Notes: a model not told the origin generated them from the letters alone. 62,921 nt of DNA, filler included, from Asterionella formosa (GCA_002256025.1; 5 parts of 5 records of this genome joined end to end with filler, not necessarily neighbours in it), one strand, 5' to 3'; counted from the first letter of the whole stretch, positions 49,790 through 62,921 are shown. Numbers and translations: made by a program.

Positions 49790-52700
49790 TGTTACGTCAT
49801 ATCTGATGAAATCCAAATCAGCAGAATTTATTAGCAAAATCTGCTGAATTAGCGCTATTTATTTAGTTTTCCGGGTTCTTTAATTCATCAGATTTGAAGC
49901 GATAAGTTGCAGTTTCTATATATGAGCTCTTGTTTTCTGAATTCACTCCACTCTCATGACCATCTTTTTGGAGTTGTAGATAAAAATTTCTAGGCGATTT
50001 GGAGGCAATTTAACTTTAATTGAATGTTTTCTAAGCTAAGAAAATCACCATCCTGACCCCTGGTATAGGGGTGGTTCCAATATGCCTACGGTATGTGCAT
50101 TGGCAGTACTACTACTAGTATGCATAATACCAATGCTAGCATAAGGCATTACCAGGAGTACCTAGCACACACTGATTGCTCTGTTCACCACAGTTTCCTA
50201 TACACTGCTGTTTCACCAGATTTTAATATGACAAAAAATCTTATGAAAAAGTATTTTTACCTCATAATGACTTATAATTGTTTATTGAATTTGTTCATAC
50301 ATTTTTCAGAACATTTGCAAGACACACTGCAACCATGCTTTTCCTTAAAGAATCCACAAGCATTTGTGCATTCTTTCAGACACCTACACCTTCGTTTTGA
50401 CTTGCTATCTTGAGGATAACACAAAGCATGAGCTTGCTGCATACTCATTTTTCTATAATTTTCACAAGCGAAAGTTCCATCAAGTATGGCTTGTCTCTTT
50501 TCATTCAAATATGGTGAAATGACTGCCTCATTTGGATGGACAATGTAACTTTCTTGAGGGATTAAGTATATCTTCATTTCTCCCTTTTTCAGAACATATA
50601 ATGCCATGATCAGTTACTGCTTGTATTCCTCATCCAAGTTCATTTGTAGATAGGGCGAAGACAATGGCAGGAATTCCATGTGGGTTGCTTACATCTCTGT
50701 AGTCCATTTTAAGTGTAACTATAGACCCAGTAGTTGCCTTTGGCCTTGACTGCATATGTCTGCCTTTCATGTATTTGCTTTGATCCTTCTGTCTTTGTGC
50801 TCTAACATATTGTGCATGTTTTTGTCTTGCATTTTTCTTTGATTTCATGGGAGTTTCTTGGACTGCACTTTGCATAGCATGTCTTGCACATCTGTTCTCA
50901 TTCCCACGACGTAATTTTCTTGCTACCATTTCATTTAGCATCATTTCATCATCAAATCCACTTGCTCAGTATTCACTTGCTGTGTCATTGAAACAGTATC
51001 ATGTAGGTCACTTGGTAAGATCAATTCAGTATTGAATTGATTAATCATGTCCTTGAACACTGTTACAACAAAGGGGCTATAGTTATGTGGAGAAATAGCT
51101 GATATGTTTACAATTCCTGGTTCAAAAATTGAACCCAGGACAAGGCAAGCAATCGGGCAACAATTGTACCCATCTTTTTGATGTACAATGATTGACTTTG
51201 AAATGATCCAGCTATCCTCATCCTCAGTAACCAGCTCAAGTTCTGTTTTACCATTGGAATGGAAAGTTGGCAAAGAGTTCCTTCCAATTAGTTTCGTCCG
51301 TTTCAGCACATTGGTGATATGGTGGAACCAGTTGTTAAGACCTAGATTGAGGCCATCATGAATTGTTGTGACATTGGTGTCAAGGTTGCTCTCCATCACT
51401 GCAAAGTGATCATTGCCATGAAAGACACTTACAACCCTTTTTACACTGACCTTCAATTTCTTGCACATTTGTGATTCTACTTTTTCCACTGGTAACAGAC
51501 AATGAACAAATTGTATGGAACCAACATGGTTCTTGTGAGCAATCAGTGCTGCAAAACTTGATATTAAATCAGTTTCATACCAGGCATTGGTATTCTCACA
51601 TTTAGAGTAGTACGCTTCATTGCAAAATGTGATTAAATGGTATCCTGAAAAGCAACATGAAATGCAATTGAGTGTGGGATATAACCTTTTGAATTTCTGT
51701 CCTCCCCAAATATGAATTGACCCTTCACCTAATTCCAATGCTTCTTGAACTGATAAGGCATTTCTTCTTCTTGTCATTTTTCATTTTCTTGTTTGTGGAG
51801 GAACTGAAATGATTTCATAACTTATACAATCCCCATCTGGCTCCTTTCCTTCTGTGTTGCGATTGGCAGAAGATTGCAGCATGTTGTCTATGCCTTTGAC
51901 TAAGTTGCTTGTGAAAGAAGACAACAACAAGTTGTCTGTGTCACAATCTAGCTGTAGCTGTTGAAACAAGTGATTACCCAGATTTTCGTTGTGATGCAGA
52001 TTTTCATCTTTACTATGGCAGCAGTAGACATTGAAAGACTACTCTTTTCTCTCAGGTTTTTCATAATCGCTGCTGCTGATATCATAGTCACTGGTTTCCT
52101 CATAGTCATTTTTTGATTGAGCTTGAACACTGTTGCTAACATCAGGTCCTTCCAAAATTTCAGCAAAACGTTGTGAAAAGTCACAGCCACTGAAAGTGGT
52201 GTCACAGACATTGCCAACCTGTGACAATGTCAACTCCATGGAGACAGAGTCATTGGTTTCACTGGGATTTAGGGTCAAGTCATATATGGATTCCACAACA
52301 GCCCAGAATCTGCTGCTAGCTGCCACATCCATGCGCTCTTGGATAGTTTTGCATCTGCGGATGCTGTCTCTGGTATCTGGCATAATGGGATCAAAATCAA
52401 TCCCAAAAACGGTTTCATATGCAGAAACATCATTTTTGGCCCAACCATATTGTCGATTCAAAATTGAATCAACTTCTCCAAGGTATTTGGTCCAGTTTGG
52501 ACGTAGTTTTCCCATTTGAACTTCACTTGCAAGTACACTGCTCATTACACATTTCACAAGTCTATTGATGATTTCGACCTAACCCTGATCCCTGGGCTTT
52601 TGGGGCCTACCAGTGACTGTCAGTATTGTTTGATTCCACCTTTTCAATATACCCGCAACTTGTTCAGCTGTGAACTCAGAACCATTATCTGTGTGAAAGA

Positions 52701-54398
52701 TGTGGGGATATCCAATCAATCCAAAGAGAGAGTTTAATTCAAAGCAGACATACTTTGCAAATCAATCCAAAGAGAGAGCTTAATTCAAAGCAGACATACT
52801 TTGCATTTTTGTTTGGAATAGCTCTTAAAAAGGATAAGCCAGTGAATTGATCCTTCACAACCATAATCCATCGCATTACCCGACCATAAACATTGCGTCG
52901 TTCATTGGCACAATAATCAATTAAGTCAATTTGCATGCAATCACGAAATTCTCCAGAATGTACAGGAAATTGTGTTCCCTTAGATTTCGGAATTTGAGGA
53001 TGCACATGAACACACACAGGACACACACTGATAAATGCATTCACATGTTGTATTGTGATATTGTAAACATGACAATTAACCTCTCTCCATGTAACAGATG
53101 ATTTCAAGTGACCACGGCTGTAGTGAGCATCATATATGGCATCAAACATTTCCTTGCATCAAAGAAGCCTTCTCACCACATTATCTCCTTCTTTCACACT
53201 GTCTCTCTTGAAAACATAGAGGCTTTTTATTAGATTGCCTTCCACATCTTTCTTTGATCTCACTATATACTTTTTACAAGTGAATAACCAATTTGATGCT
53301 GTTTCCGTATCTCTGGATTATCCCAGTTTTCAATAATATACACAACTTCATTGTATTTCTCATCAGTCATGTCACATGATCTAGTTTTTCCTGTTCCTGT
53401 TGTGTTATGTGCAATTTCATTGTATTTCTCATCAGTCATGTCACATTACCCTGCTTTTCCTGTTCCTGGTGTGTTCTTTTCCTTTGTTCCTGCTATAATT
53501 CTTGCAGTATTTTTCTTTGTTCTTGGTTTAGCATTTTTGATTCTCTATGCAGCCCATGTTGCAGTCGTTGTTCCGGCTTCCGTTTTTGGAAATTTTTCTG
53601 TTACCATTACCTTTTAATTCCTTGTTGCAGCCGTTGTTCCGGTTTCCGCATCGACTGGAGCAAGTTGTACCTGTGCCCGCCAATTCATTCCTTGTTTCTC
53701 CAGTTGCTCCGGTTTCCGCATGATTGAATGGAGTTGTACCTGTGCACGCCTTTTCATTCTTTACTGTCGTTGCTCCGGTTTCCGCATTGACTGGAGTTGT
53801 GCCTGATCCCACATTTTCATTGAAAAAACCAAAAGCTACAGCGTTGAAATGCGTGCGAAAGGATTCTCTCATTCTCTGTGCATTACCAATACTTGCAGTG
53901 GCATTGCCATGATCATTGGATGAAGATGTAGAAATGTATGAGAATTCACTCACCACATACTCTTCATCACTGCTACTATCTTCATTGCGATTCTTCTTCT
54001 TCGAAGATTTCGTCTCAAATCAGAGGAGCTTTTCCGGCATACATGTACAAGATGAAGGGTTACTGTGAGCAATCAATAGATTTAGTTGTGCATTGACTTC
54101 TATTGAAGATTCAATGCAAGTAGGTAGGTACATGTGGCTATAGATAAGCATTTGACAGGAGAGATTGCTATCACTCGCTCGTCCTGCTGCTATCTAAATA
54201 AATCTAAGCTTTGATAAGAAAAGAGGTTTTGGGTGAGATAACAATTACCCAATAATAAGATAGGAGGAATCATGAGGCCTGCGTCAGAAATATATTTACT
54301 TACAGCTAATTTATTTTAAAAAACAAAATTACTCACCAGATTTTGAGTGCTCAGATCACTTCAGCTGAATAAAAAAATTCAGCTGAAATGACGTAACA
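49790..54398 (-). mobile_element. Ginger-like DNA transposon (4609 bp) with imperfect TIRs and a TATC target-site duplication
   Basis: Ends TGTTACGTCAT.TC.G.TGAA / TTCAGCTGAAATGACGTAACA; TATC at 49786-49789 and 54399-54402; integrase inside. Confidence 0.9.
50272..53956 (-). pseudogene. Ginger-type transposase pseudogene: NAETGAT repeats, HHCC, rve DDE core, Ulp1-like protease, Cys-rich tail
   Basis: AHYSRGH..CPVC; QIDLID; HTDNGSEF; GRPQKPRDQG*VEIIN; DHFAV..HDGL..QKDGYNC; CRC..C..CSVSCKC. A 46 bp duplication (52714-52805) causes a frameshift. Confidence 0.88.
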
Positions 54399-55766
54399 TA
54401 TCTACAGCCTATTTGGTCCCTGACGTGTCCTTACAGGATACAAGTAAGCAATAGAGGGCTTCGGGATGCAATTTCAACACATAGTAATTGTAATATCAGA
54501 TTTATCTATGAGCGAAGCATATGAGAAAAAGGCATGCCTGTCGAATGAAATAGTATCGGTAGGTAGAGTAAAAAAAGCTCGCCTTTGAATTCGTCATAAA
54601 GATTCATAGGTAGTGAGCGACTTTTTCGTAGTTTTGGAATAGTGTGGTTCTGAACATGGACTTCAGCAATGTTAGGTGAAGGCGGCTCGCAGGAAACACT
54701 TAGTAAGGGAAACCGACGAATATCAGTGAGAATAAACATAGTTTCTATAACCATTAAGACAGTAAACACAGGTGAATAAGTCTAGTTTCAATTATATGAT
54801 TGCTAAAAGCATTTTACCTCATCCAGAATAACCCCAGCCATGCAATTGCTCGCCAATAAAATGGCGAAATGTGAAGACCCACAAACATTCAGATATACAT
54901 GAATGATGTGCACATATGTCGCATAACAGGCGATAGTCAAATCGCCTTGAGATGACCTATTAGCAGGAGAGCCACAGATCGACATCATTTGTCCATCAAA
55001 CTACTAAAAGTGTAAAATTGGTGGCAAGTTACAAATCGAATTCAAATCAGAACCCAGAAACCCATCAGATGTATTCATACCAGTTTGGTACACAAACACG
55101 CATGTAGAACATAGGATATCTCACACCTAGTTGAACTTTTCCTTTGAATTGGTCGACGTCATGCATTTCCTTTGGTCCATTGTGACATGGCTTCTCACAA
55201 ATGTAGACGCAATCATCAGGAGGTAACTGGATGTAGATTGTCATTATGCGAAATTTCTGGATTATTTAGTAGTAGTGTTGGGAGTTGGCGTTGGCTGATT
55301 ACAGAAATTGTGAGATTATGGGCTTCTCTGATAATACTTTGTGATTGATGATAGTTACAAGAATCGTAGGATTCCGCCATGTATCCCAGTCACGTTTAAC
55401 AGCTACTTGGATTGAATTCAGCATCCAACTTCTTTTACTGGCAGTCGAGTCTATGGAGCACTACGGCAACGACTGGTATCTGATTGACTGATGATAATAA
55501 CGAAGATTTCTGGAATTATTTCAAGGTCATGAAAAATATACTGGTACACATATAAGTCCTCGCTTATAAATTAAAAAAGCCGGTACGCTTACTGCTATGT
55601 ATACTGTCTGATGCATAGTGCATTTGCGCAAACATCGATTGGTTCGAGTTATTTAGTCGCGCATAAAGCCCAAATATTCAGAATTTCTTCGCGATCAGAT
55701 AAAGCTATGTACGATACCTTTTTCGATACCAGAATCAAAATGTTAGTAAGTCAATACTCCGGAGTA

Positions 55767-56700
55767 CAGTGAAACCTCCCTATAAGATACACTCCCTGTA
55801 GGATACACCCTCTACACAAGATACATTTTTCTCAATGAAGCGCCCCCAATTTGGAAATCCTTGTAAGGGACCCTCTCTACAAGATATACCCTCCGTTAGA
55901 TACACTTGGATGAAATTTTTCTAAAAAATTGGTTATTCTGACCTCTGTAAAAGATAAAAACGAGCACCACACAGTCTGTACTCAGTTTGAGCGAGTAGTT
56001 TTTAGCCTGTTTTGCATGCTTTGATCATTTCAAATCACTGCTGTGGACTGACAATCTGCGTACACATGTAACAGAAGCATCAGTAGTAAATGTACCACAT
56101 CATCTTGCATAGCAATTATCTGGTGGTACCAGTACTATCTATCACTTGTGACATTACTTGTCAATGGCACTTTCTATAATAATTTTTTGTTTTATACTTT
56201 ACTGAAACGAACCTTGATTGTTTCTTGTACATTTGCTTCCATTTTTTCACTCATTTCAATCTTCAAGATTCAGACATCATCGCCATTGGGAACTGAAGGA
56301 TCTATTGTGAAGAGCATGTCTGAAATGAAGTTTTATCATTGATACAAAAATAAGAGCAATAAAGCTACTTGGTGAATTTTGTTGCAACCGTTGGATTCTG
56401 GAATCACTAGAAGTGTGAAAGCTCTCTCCCGTAAGCTCCAAGTTATACAGTTATTACAATTTATTGAAATGGTAGAACATGCAATAGATCTGACTAAGGA
56501 ATTGCAGATTATTGATGCGATGAGGTTTATCGCTACATCCTGAGGAAATGTTATAACTGAAACAATTCAAAATGCTTTAAAGCATGTGGGTTTGATAAAG
56601 TATGTGATGAAAAATGTGTATCCTCAGTAATGGAGGAAACTGAAATTGAAGTGTAGAAGCTGTTGGAGCGGCTTGGGGAAGTTGATATTCAATATGTACA
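55767..56700 (+). mobile_element. pogo/Tigger-like remnant (one TIR plus a transposase C-terminal trace)
   Basis: TA|CAGTGAAACCTCCCTATAAG terminus with repeated agatacac/ccctc subterminal words; DAMRFIATS*GNVITETIQNALKHVG at ~56514-56595. Confidence 0.65.
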
Positions 56701-58288
56701 AGATTGCATTGGCAAATATGCACATCTGTAAAAAAATTACATGCATATAGGATCAAGGCTATTGTACGCTACACTAACTATGATCAAGTTATCCTGTAAC
56801 TATGATGATTTATTAATATTTTACTGAACTTGAAATATAATGATAACAAGAACAATATCATCATACAATGTATATCAACTGATCAATCGATCAACAAGAT
56901 TTCTCATCAATATCATAAACCTTCTCATTTTATTTTAACTTCTCGTGATCGCCAGATCTAAATTATTACTACAACGTATCCTAAAATCAGCTCGACTCTA
57001 TGCTATCATGTGAATTGTTTCATCGTATATCTATCTTAAACATTATCATAAAGCTAATCACAAAGATTGATCAAAAAGGATTGAAATGGATCAAAATTAT
57101 ATTAACAACTTTAGCAATGATGTTTCTGTTTCGACAGCTACCCAAGTAATGTTTCTCTCCTCTCCACTTGTCTCAATGAATATTCCTGTCTCGCCCTTTT
57201 CTTCCTCTAGTTCCCTGCTCTTAGTGTCATTCTGAACTCGCCGACTATTCTGTTCTTTGATTGGTTTTATTGTCCTATGCAGTTACAGTAACAATGAGAA
57301 GGAATGACTTGTTAGCTAGTCATGCTACACTGACACAACAACATCACGCCATTCCATCGTATCCTCTTGCTTGCTTCACTTACCAAAAATCAAAGCAACT
57401 GATGCATATGTCTGTAATAGTAAATTTTCAGTAAATTTTTGAATAAGTAAGTTTCAGGTACCCAATGTTGTCGAATAAAGCAAACTTACCGATTAATTTT
57501 CGTTAGCTTAACTTTGAGAGAAGGTAAATGTGGCGTGTCCGTCAGTTATGTTCCAAAAGATGTCAATAGATCCAACGACAAGAGCACTTACCAATTTTGT
57601 TTTGTTCTACATTGGTGCTCCCCAAAAAGCGAAATGAGCTATTGAATCAACTGAGAAGAAAGGAAATGGGCGTTTAGTTTACAATTTGTTGTTGTCCTGC
57701 CTCCCAACTATTGTTATGCATATACCACATTGATGGCTTCAATACCTTAAACATACTCCATCCTTCGAAGGGGCAATGTGTCGAAGCCACAATGTTTTTC
57801 GTTATTGCGGAAACTTTCCTTGTCATATGCTTTACTACGATATTTCTTTTCACGACGCAGGCATTGTTTGTTAACATGACAGAACGATTTCAAAATCCTT
57901 TGCCATGTATATAGCTATGAAATTTGTAAAAATATAAATATGATATCAAGTATCGTACTGTTATAGAGTTCAAAGGTACTCTCAACATGACACGTCTGGT
58001 ATTGTTAAGATGATGTCCATTGTTTTCCACGACTTCGTGTACTGGTACTGTTTCTGATATTTGTTTGTATCAATATTTTCTACATCCTTTGGAACTAATT
58101 ATTTACCGGCAGACCATTCAATTGGTGTAAGTCACAACCCATTTGTATCATTATTTATACGCCAGGATTTTGGTAGCTAATTATTTAGGCCCCTTTTTTG
58201 GCGGGAATTCTTCATGTGTACATCAAATGAACATAACATTTTATCATATATATTCAGAGTACCAGTAGCAGGTAGGAAGTGATATACT

Positions 58289-58641
58289 GGGGGTAGTCAG
58301 AGTACCAGGTAATAAGCGAGCAACAGAACACCATATGTTCAGGACTGTTGCTCCTACAGCGGGACAGTAAATTATCATAGTTTCAGGATCGTGTGATTGT
58401 AGAATTGAAAGGGGGTAGTCGGAGTAGTAAGCAAGCAACAGAACACCATATGTTCAGGACTGTTCCTACTGCAGTGGGATAGTAAAGCATCATAGTTTTC
58501 AGGATCGTATGATCGTAAAATTGAAAGAGGGTAGTCGGAGTAGTAAGCGAGCAACAGAGCACCATATGTTCATGACTGCTGCTACTGCAGCGGGACAGTA
58601 AATTATCATAGTTTCAGGATTGTATGATCATATAATTGAAA
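58289..58641 (+). repeat. Three tandem copies of a ~116-120 bp unit
   Basis: gggtagtc.gagta..taagc.agcaacaga.caccatatgttca.gactg...atcatagtttcaggat...aattgaaa x3. Confidence 0.92.
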
Positions 58642-58844
58642 ACAAGATATGCTATGAATCAAACTCGGTTCTGATTTTTTATATGATAATGTAAATAGCA
58701 CTGTTGGTCTTAAGATATCATATCTAGACAGCGTTAAATTCTTTATCTAGTGGCTGATGATTCATTTCATTGTAGCTTGCAACACCTGATTTTAAGATCA
58801 TCGAACCTTAAGGAAAAGAACGACAACATTTATCTAGTAGTACA

Positions 58845-60508
58845 ATGTCTTCAAAAACCCATAAAAAAAGATTCATGGAAAGAAGCAACATGTGGCAAAT
58901 ACTGCCGGTATGGAACAAAGAAGCAAGTAGTACCAAAATGAGTTAACAAAGAAAAATCGAATCGGCGATCATCCAAAGGAACTCAATCGGCAACAGGGAG
59001 CTAGTGGGGGTACTACCCCATTGTCAATGGGGACACCATCAGCTACTATTACACAGGATCCCATAATTGATACTGAAACCAATGATGACGTTTCTCAGTT
59101 TTTGATACAAGAAAAATGTCTCATGTATGTGATATCATTAATAACTCTCGGATGCAGATGGACAACATGGTACCATATCATAAATTTTCTAATTGCACGG
59201 ACCAACAAGTAAATGACAAACTGAGGGGAAAACATTTGGCAATTGCCAAAGGATATTATCAATTGGTCAATGAACTCAATCACTACAAAGGTCGTGATTC
59301 GGTTCAAAACTCGCTTGTCCATACGAGGTTATCAAGAATATTCAATTTCAGCAGCCTTATCAGAACGTAGTTCCCGCTTAGCTAAAATTGACCTGATCCA
59401 TCAATGTCACAAAGGTTGTGAGTTTTCTTTTAAAGACCAAGAAGTTTTGCTGTGAACATGTAAGTTTGATGTTATAGTTCTTGAATTGCAGGTACTGTAA
59501 AACAGAATATCAATCTAATGTGCTTTTTTCTGGTCCCATAAGAGAATCAAACATCCCGCCCTATCTGGTCCAAATAGTATGAAAGGCATTTCCAATCACA
59601 AGCAGGATTGTTCTGGCCAATGTTGCCTAACTCGTCTATACACAGTGAGACTGGAGTTAGGCAAAGAAGTGGAGAGTGACCCAGAGCTTGCCGATTACAC
59701 ATGGAATGGTTCTGATGCACTACTTCCGATGAACCAGACCATTGAACATATCAACAAGACACATTTAGATTACATCAAATCAACATTTGGTAGCATGTGT
59801 ATTCAAAAGTTGAGAGAATGTCAGACTGTATTGATTAATCAATTTAAAGTAGTCATAGGGAAGTTCTTGCAGAGAGAAGCTCCCAAAGCACGATGTTTTG
59901 CTTTGGTGATTATATTCTTATCAAATATGTTTCAATTTAAAAATACTAACAAAATTCATGACCCACCAGCTGGTCTAACAGAATATAAAGACTTTATTAT
60001 GTGGGCGTTCACGCTTTATCGTTTTGCGCATTCAAAGGACATTGACAGGGGAAGCCAAGGATACCAAGTCTGGAGTGATGTTCTTGCTCCAGTGTATTTT
60101 ATAGGCAGGTCAAGCCATGAAGAACCATTTTTAACAGGAGACAAATCTGGTGTGACCAAATTTCAACTCAAACTTCGGGCACAGTGTAAATTGCAATCAC
60201 ATTTTGTTGGTTCACTGATCAATGCCAGTACAGAAGCAGCATTTTTCTACTTGGTGCTGAAAGGAAAATTCCGATTGTAACGAAAATATTTGGGTCTCAA
60301 TCCAGATACGCTTGAAATTTCAGAGAACGATATTCGTCATTCTACTGATTTTGTCGACTTTGATAGGCGCTCAAAATTTTGTCGATACAACATTGAAGAA
60401 CAACTATTTCTAACTAAAAAGTATCCTCACGAGAATTTGTCGTTGTCACTTGATGCCAAATTGTTCCAAAATGAAAGTATGTTGACTTGGTTGGTGGGTC
60501 AGATGTAA
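58845..60508 (+). pseudogene. Degenerate unknown gene (homolog of 28804-30202)
   Basis: 233 aa ORF 59579-60280 with flanking broken ORFs; motifs shared with the 29 kb copy. Confidence 0.6.
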
Positions 60509-60559
60509 CAGATAACAAATCGTATGTTCGATCAGTTGCTACTACCTGACGTTTTAAAA

Positions 60560-61970
60560 CTTTCCAGGACCGTCTCCAAACGGAATTGTGCCCGGTTTCC
60601 AAGAAATATTGTTTTGCTATTCCTTTCTTATTGCAATAGAGTTTCCAATACTTTCACAATTGTAAATGGTCCAAATGACCATCCACTATCATCTTCTGTT
60701 TGAAATAACATGGAATCATGTTCAGGGGCCATAATAATCTGCCATGGTGCTTTGGTGCCAGTATAGAAAGATTCCGATGAACTAATTTCTTCAGGAATAT
60801 GGGAATTTTGTGGATGATATCCTTTATCGGTGCGTAACAATTACAATTGTTTGGTGCATCCAGGATGATGCAGTTCTATTTTTGATCATAATGTTCATCC
60901 ACACTTGGAACTTTTCCTGGATCATGGACTTGACATAATCCATCATTTATAGCAAAAGATAATGCACAAAATGGTTGTTTCCTCCTCATCTGATCTTTTG
61001 CAATAAACAATTAGCACATACCTAGTAACTGTAATGATGAAGTGGATGACAATCACCTTGGTATAGATACGGTTTGTTATAACCCTTTTCAGGGTTCTCA
61101 TCCAAATCAAATATAACCTTTACATCAGTTTTATGAAGTTCATGAATTATATAATGGATCATAGAGGTAATTCTTTAAAGTCTGAACATGATTTTTTGAT
61201 ACCTTTGACTCCATAAAATACAGTGGCGTGATTGCATATATCTTGTGGGGTATGTGTGTACAAATCTTTCCACAATTTTAGTTGTCCATGCGTTTTTGGC
61301 AAACTCAAGGAAAATGTCGTTTGCTCTGGCATAATTACTCTACAGATTTCACATGCCGACTCTTCACAAAAGTAGCTAGATGCCTTCGGGATTGTTCTCG
61401 ATGATTTTACAAAGAAATCCGAAACTTTTTCTTCCATATATGATTTGGAAAAAGATTCAATTTCATGCTTCAGACTTTGTTCCCGACTCTGTGCATCAAC
61501 TGCCTTAGCCAGCATGGTCATCACATCTCTGTCAGCATTGATCTTCTTGAATTCGAGGTCTTGATCTACCACAGACTTTTCTTGAATATCTGTTCTTTTA
61601 GAAATGCAATGCATAGTTTCTCTGCTTTCATAATGTTTGCCACTATTGTATCGGCATACTTGCTTCATTATTTTTTCTGGAGTATTATGAATCTGTTCAA
61701 ATTCATTTGATCTTTGAGTGTATTCAAAGGAATCTTCGATTGATTTCATGACTTTCTTCATCTTCTTTTCTGAAAACATAAAGTCGTGTAGTGTAAACAA
61801 TGGAAGTAAAAAGTCTCGTTTCTTGTTTGACTGACCCTTTGCATGAAATCCACGAAATTCCATTTGGAAAGTTGTCAAAGGGCCAGAAGACTATGATGAG
61901 TTGCACAACCATTTTACCGGACACTGAGGTCGGTGTGTTCCGTTTGTACCAGCCATCTACATACGACAAA
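60560..61970 (-). pseudogene. Degenerate unknown ORF converging on 58845-60508
   Basis: 239 aa charged ORF 61159-61878 with fragments on both sides; no domain recognised. Confidence 0.4.
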
Positions 61971-62362
61971 TTCTACACACGAGTATATGGAGAAACGGAA
62001 TCCAGAATCAGCTTGGATGTAATGCTTGATGTCGAAATCGAGCATCACATCATCAGCATATCACTCACACCGAGAGCGATACGCTGGTACCGGTATTGCA
62101 GCTGGTACCACGATGATACATGTCTCACCAGTGTACATGATACGGTATGTACTAGTGTTAAAGTGAGCTCATCTACGTAGTTAGCACTCGGAGTCAAACG
62201 AGTCAAACGATTCGAATGAGTCAACTTTGACGTACCAAGCTCTCATCAACCACACATTATACCTTGTTACTCCAACTATAATGAGCCGGACAATATAAGC
62301 TATTTCGGAAGACCGATAGTTTGAAAATGAATGATCATGGTTAATAACCTATGATCAGTAAG

Positions 62363-62422
62363 TGTGAGATAGACATGTGTCTATCTATGATTGTGAGATA
62401 GACATGTGTCTATCTATGATTG
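62363..62422 (+). repeat. Perfect ~29 bp tandem duplication
   Basis: tgtgagatagacatgtgtctatctatgat x2. Confidence 0.9.
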
Positions 62423-62921
62423 TATGTTTCTAGAAATGCAAACAGCATTTGGAGAATAGTTCGTTTGTTTGTTCAAACAGAACAACCAAATCTAGATTAG
62501 TAAACTCACAATAAGAATATATAAACGGAAAGAGAAACGAACGTCTCTATCTATAGTCTTCTATGTCTAACGATATAGATCTATCAAAAAGGTAATACTT
62601 TAACATACTAGTAGATATATTTTGTGAGGGAGTTGAAGGTAATGTACTGGAACTGTGTTTGGATTAAAAATGGAACAGCAATAATTCATTTGGACATTGT
62701 AACTGCATAAAATCATACACTATTCTTCTTAATTATTACCAGTGCTCTAGAATCCCATGGATAAATGCTTTTCCCCCTTGCAAAGGAGTAACACCAGCAA
62801 TGTCTACAGTCTCCACTGAAGGATGGCGGCATATATAATGCTGATTGTTACCATAATTTACAACCATTTTGTCTACTACTGCAGAGTATACTCTTGCCAT
62901 CCAAGGATCGAGAAGCTCATC

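Noticed and set aside
58289..58641. Repeat array considered as CRISPR
   Set aside because: Whole units are homologous with no unique spacers, the context is eukaryotic and there are no cas genes

Overview
Eukaryotic nuclear DNA, most likely a diatom. This is inferred from short GT-AG introns, a bipartite plastid-targeting peptide (IDA|FVLP), a silaffin-like secreted protein and stramenopile-type transposons. The window is not contiguous: four identical 100-nt linkers (N44-TTAATTAATTAA-N44) join three ~1.79 kb contigs between two ~28.6 kb contig ends. Gene islands contain two tandem BTB-BACK paralogs, an atypical P450, a plastid UBA-like protein, SDH2, a small Tim, an MFS transporter, an alpha/beta hydrolase, a CENP-B-type HTH protein, a sorting nexin, a YqgF-like protein, a silaffin-like protein, ribosomal L17, BioF and a CaaX-terminated helical-repeat protein. 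Between them lie decayed transposons: a complete-ended Ginger-like element (TIRs, 4-bp TSD, integrase plus Ulp1-like protease), Harbinger, IS630/Tc1-like, pogo and Crypton-like remnants, two foldback hairpins and a repeated unknown element. The most striking unexplained signal is the strong non-coding enrichment of TA-CC(W)GG-TA words. Two paralog comparisons show these words arose as 6-7 bp insertions duplicating a TA, which fits pervasive transposon excision footprints.
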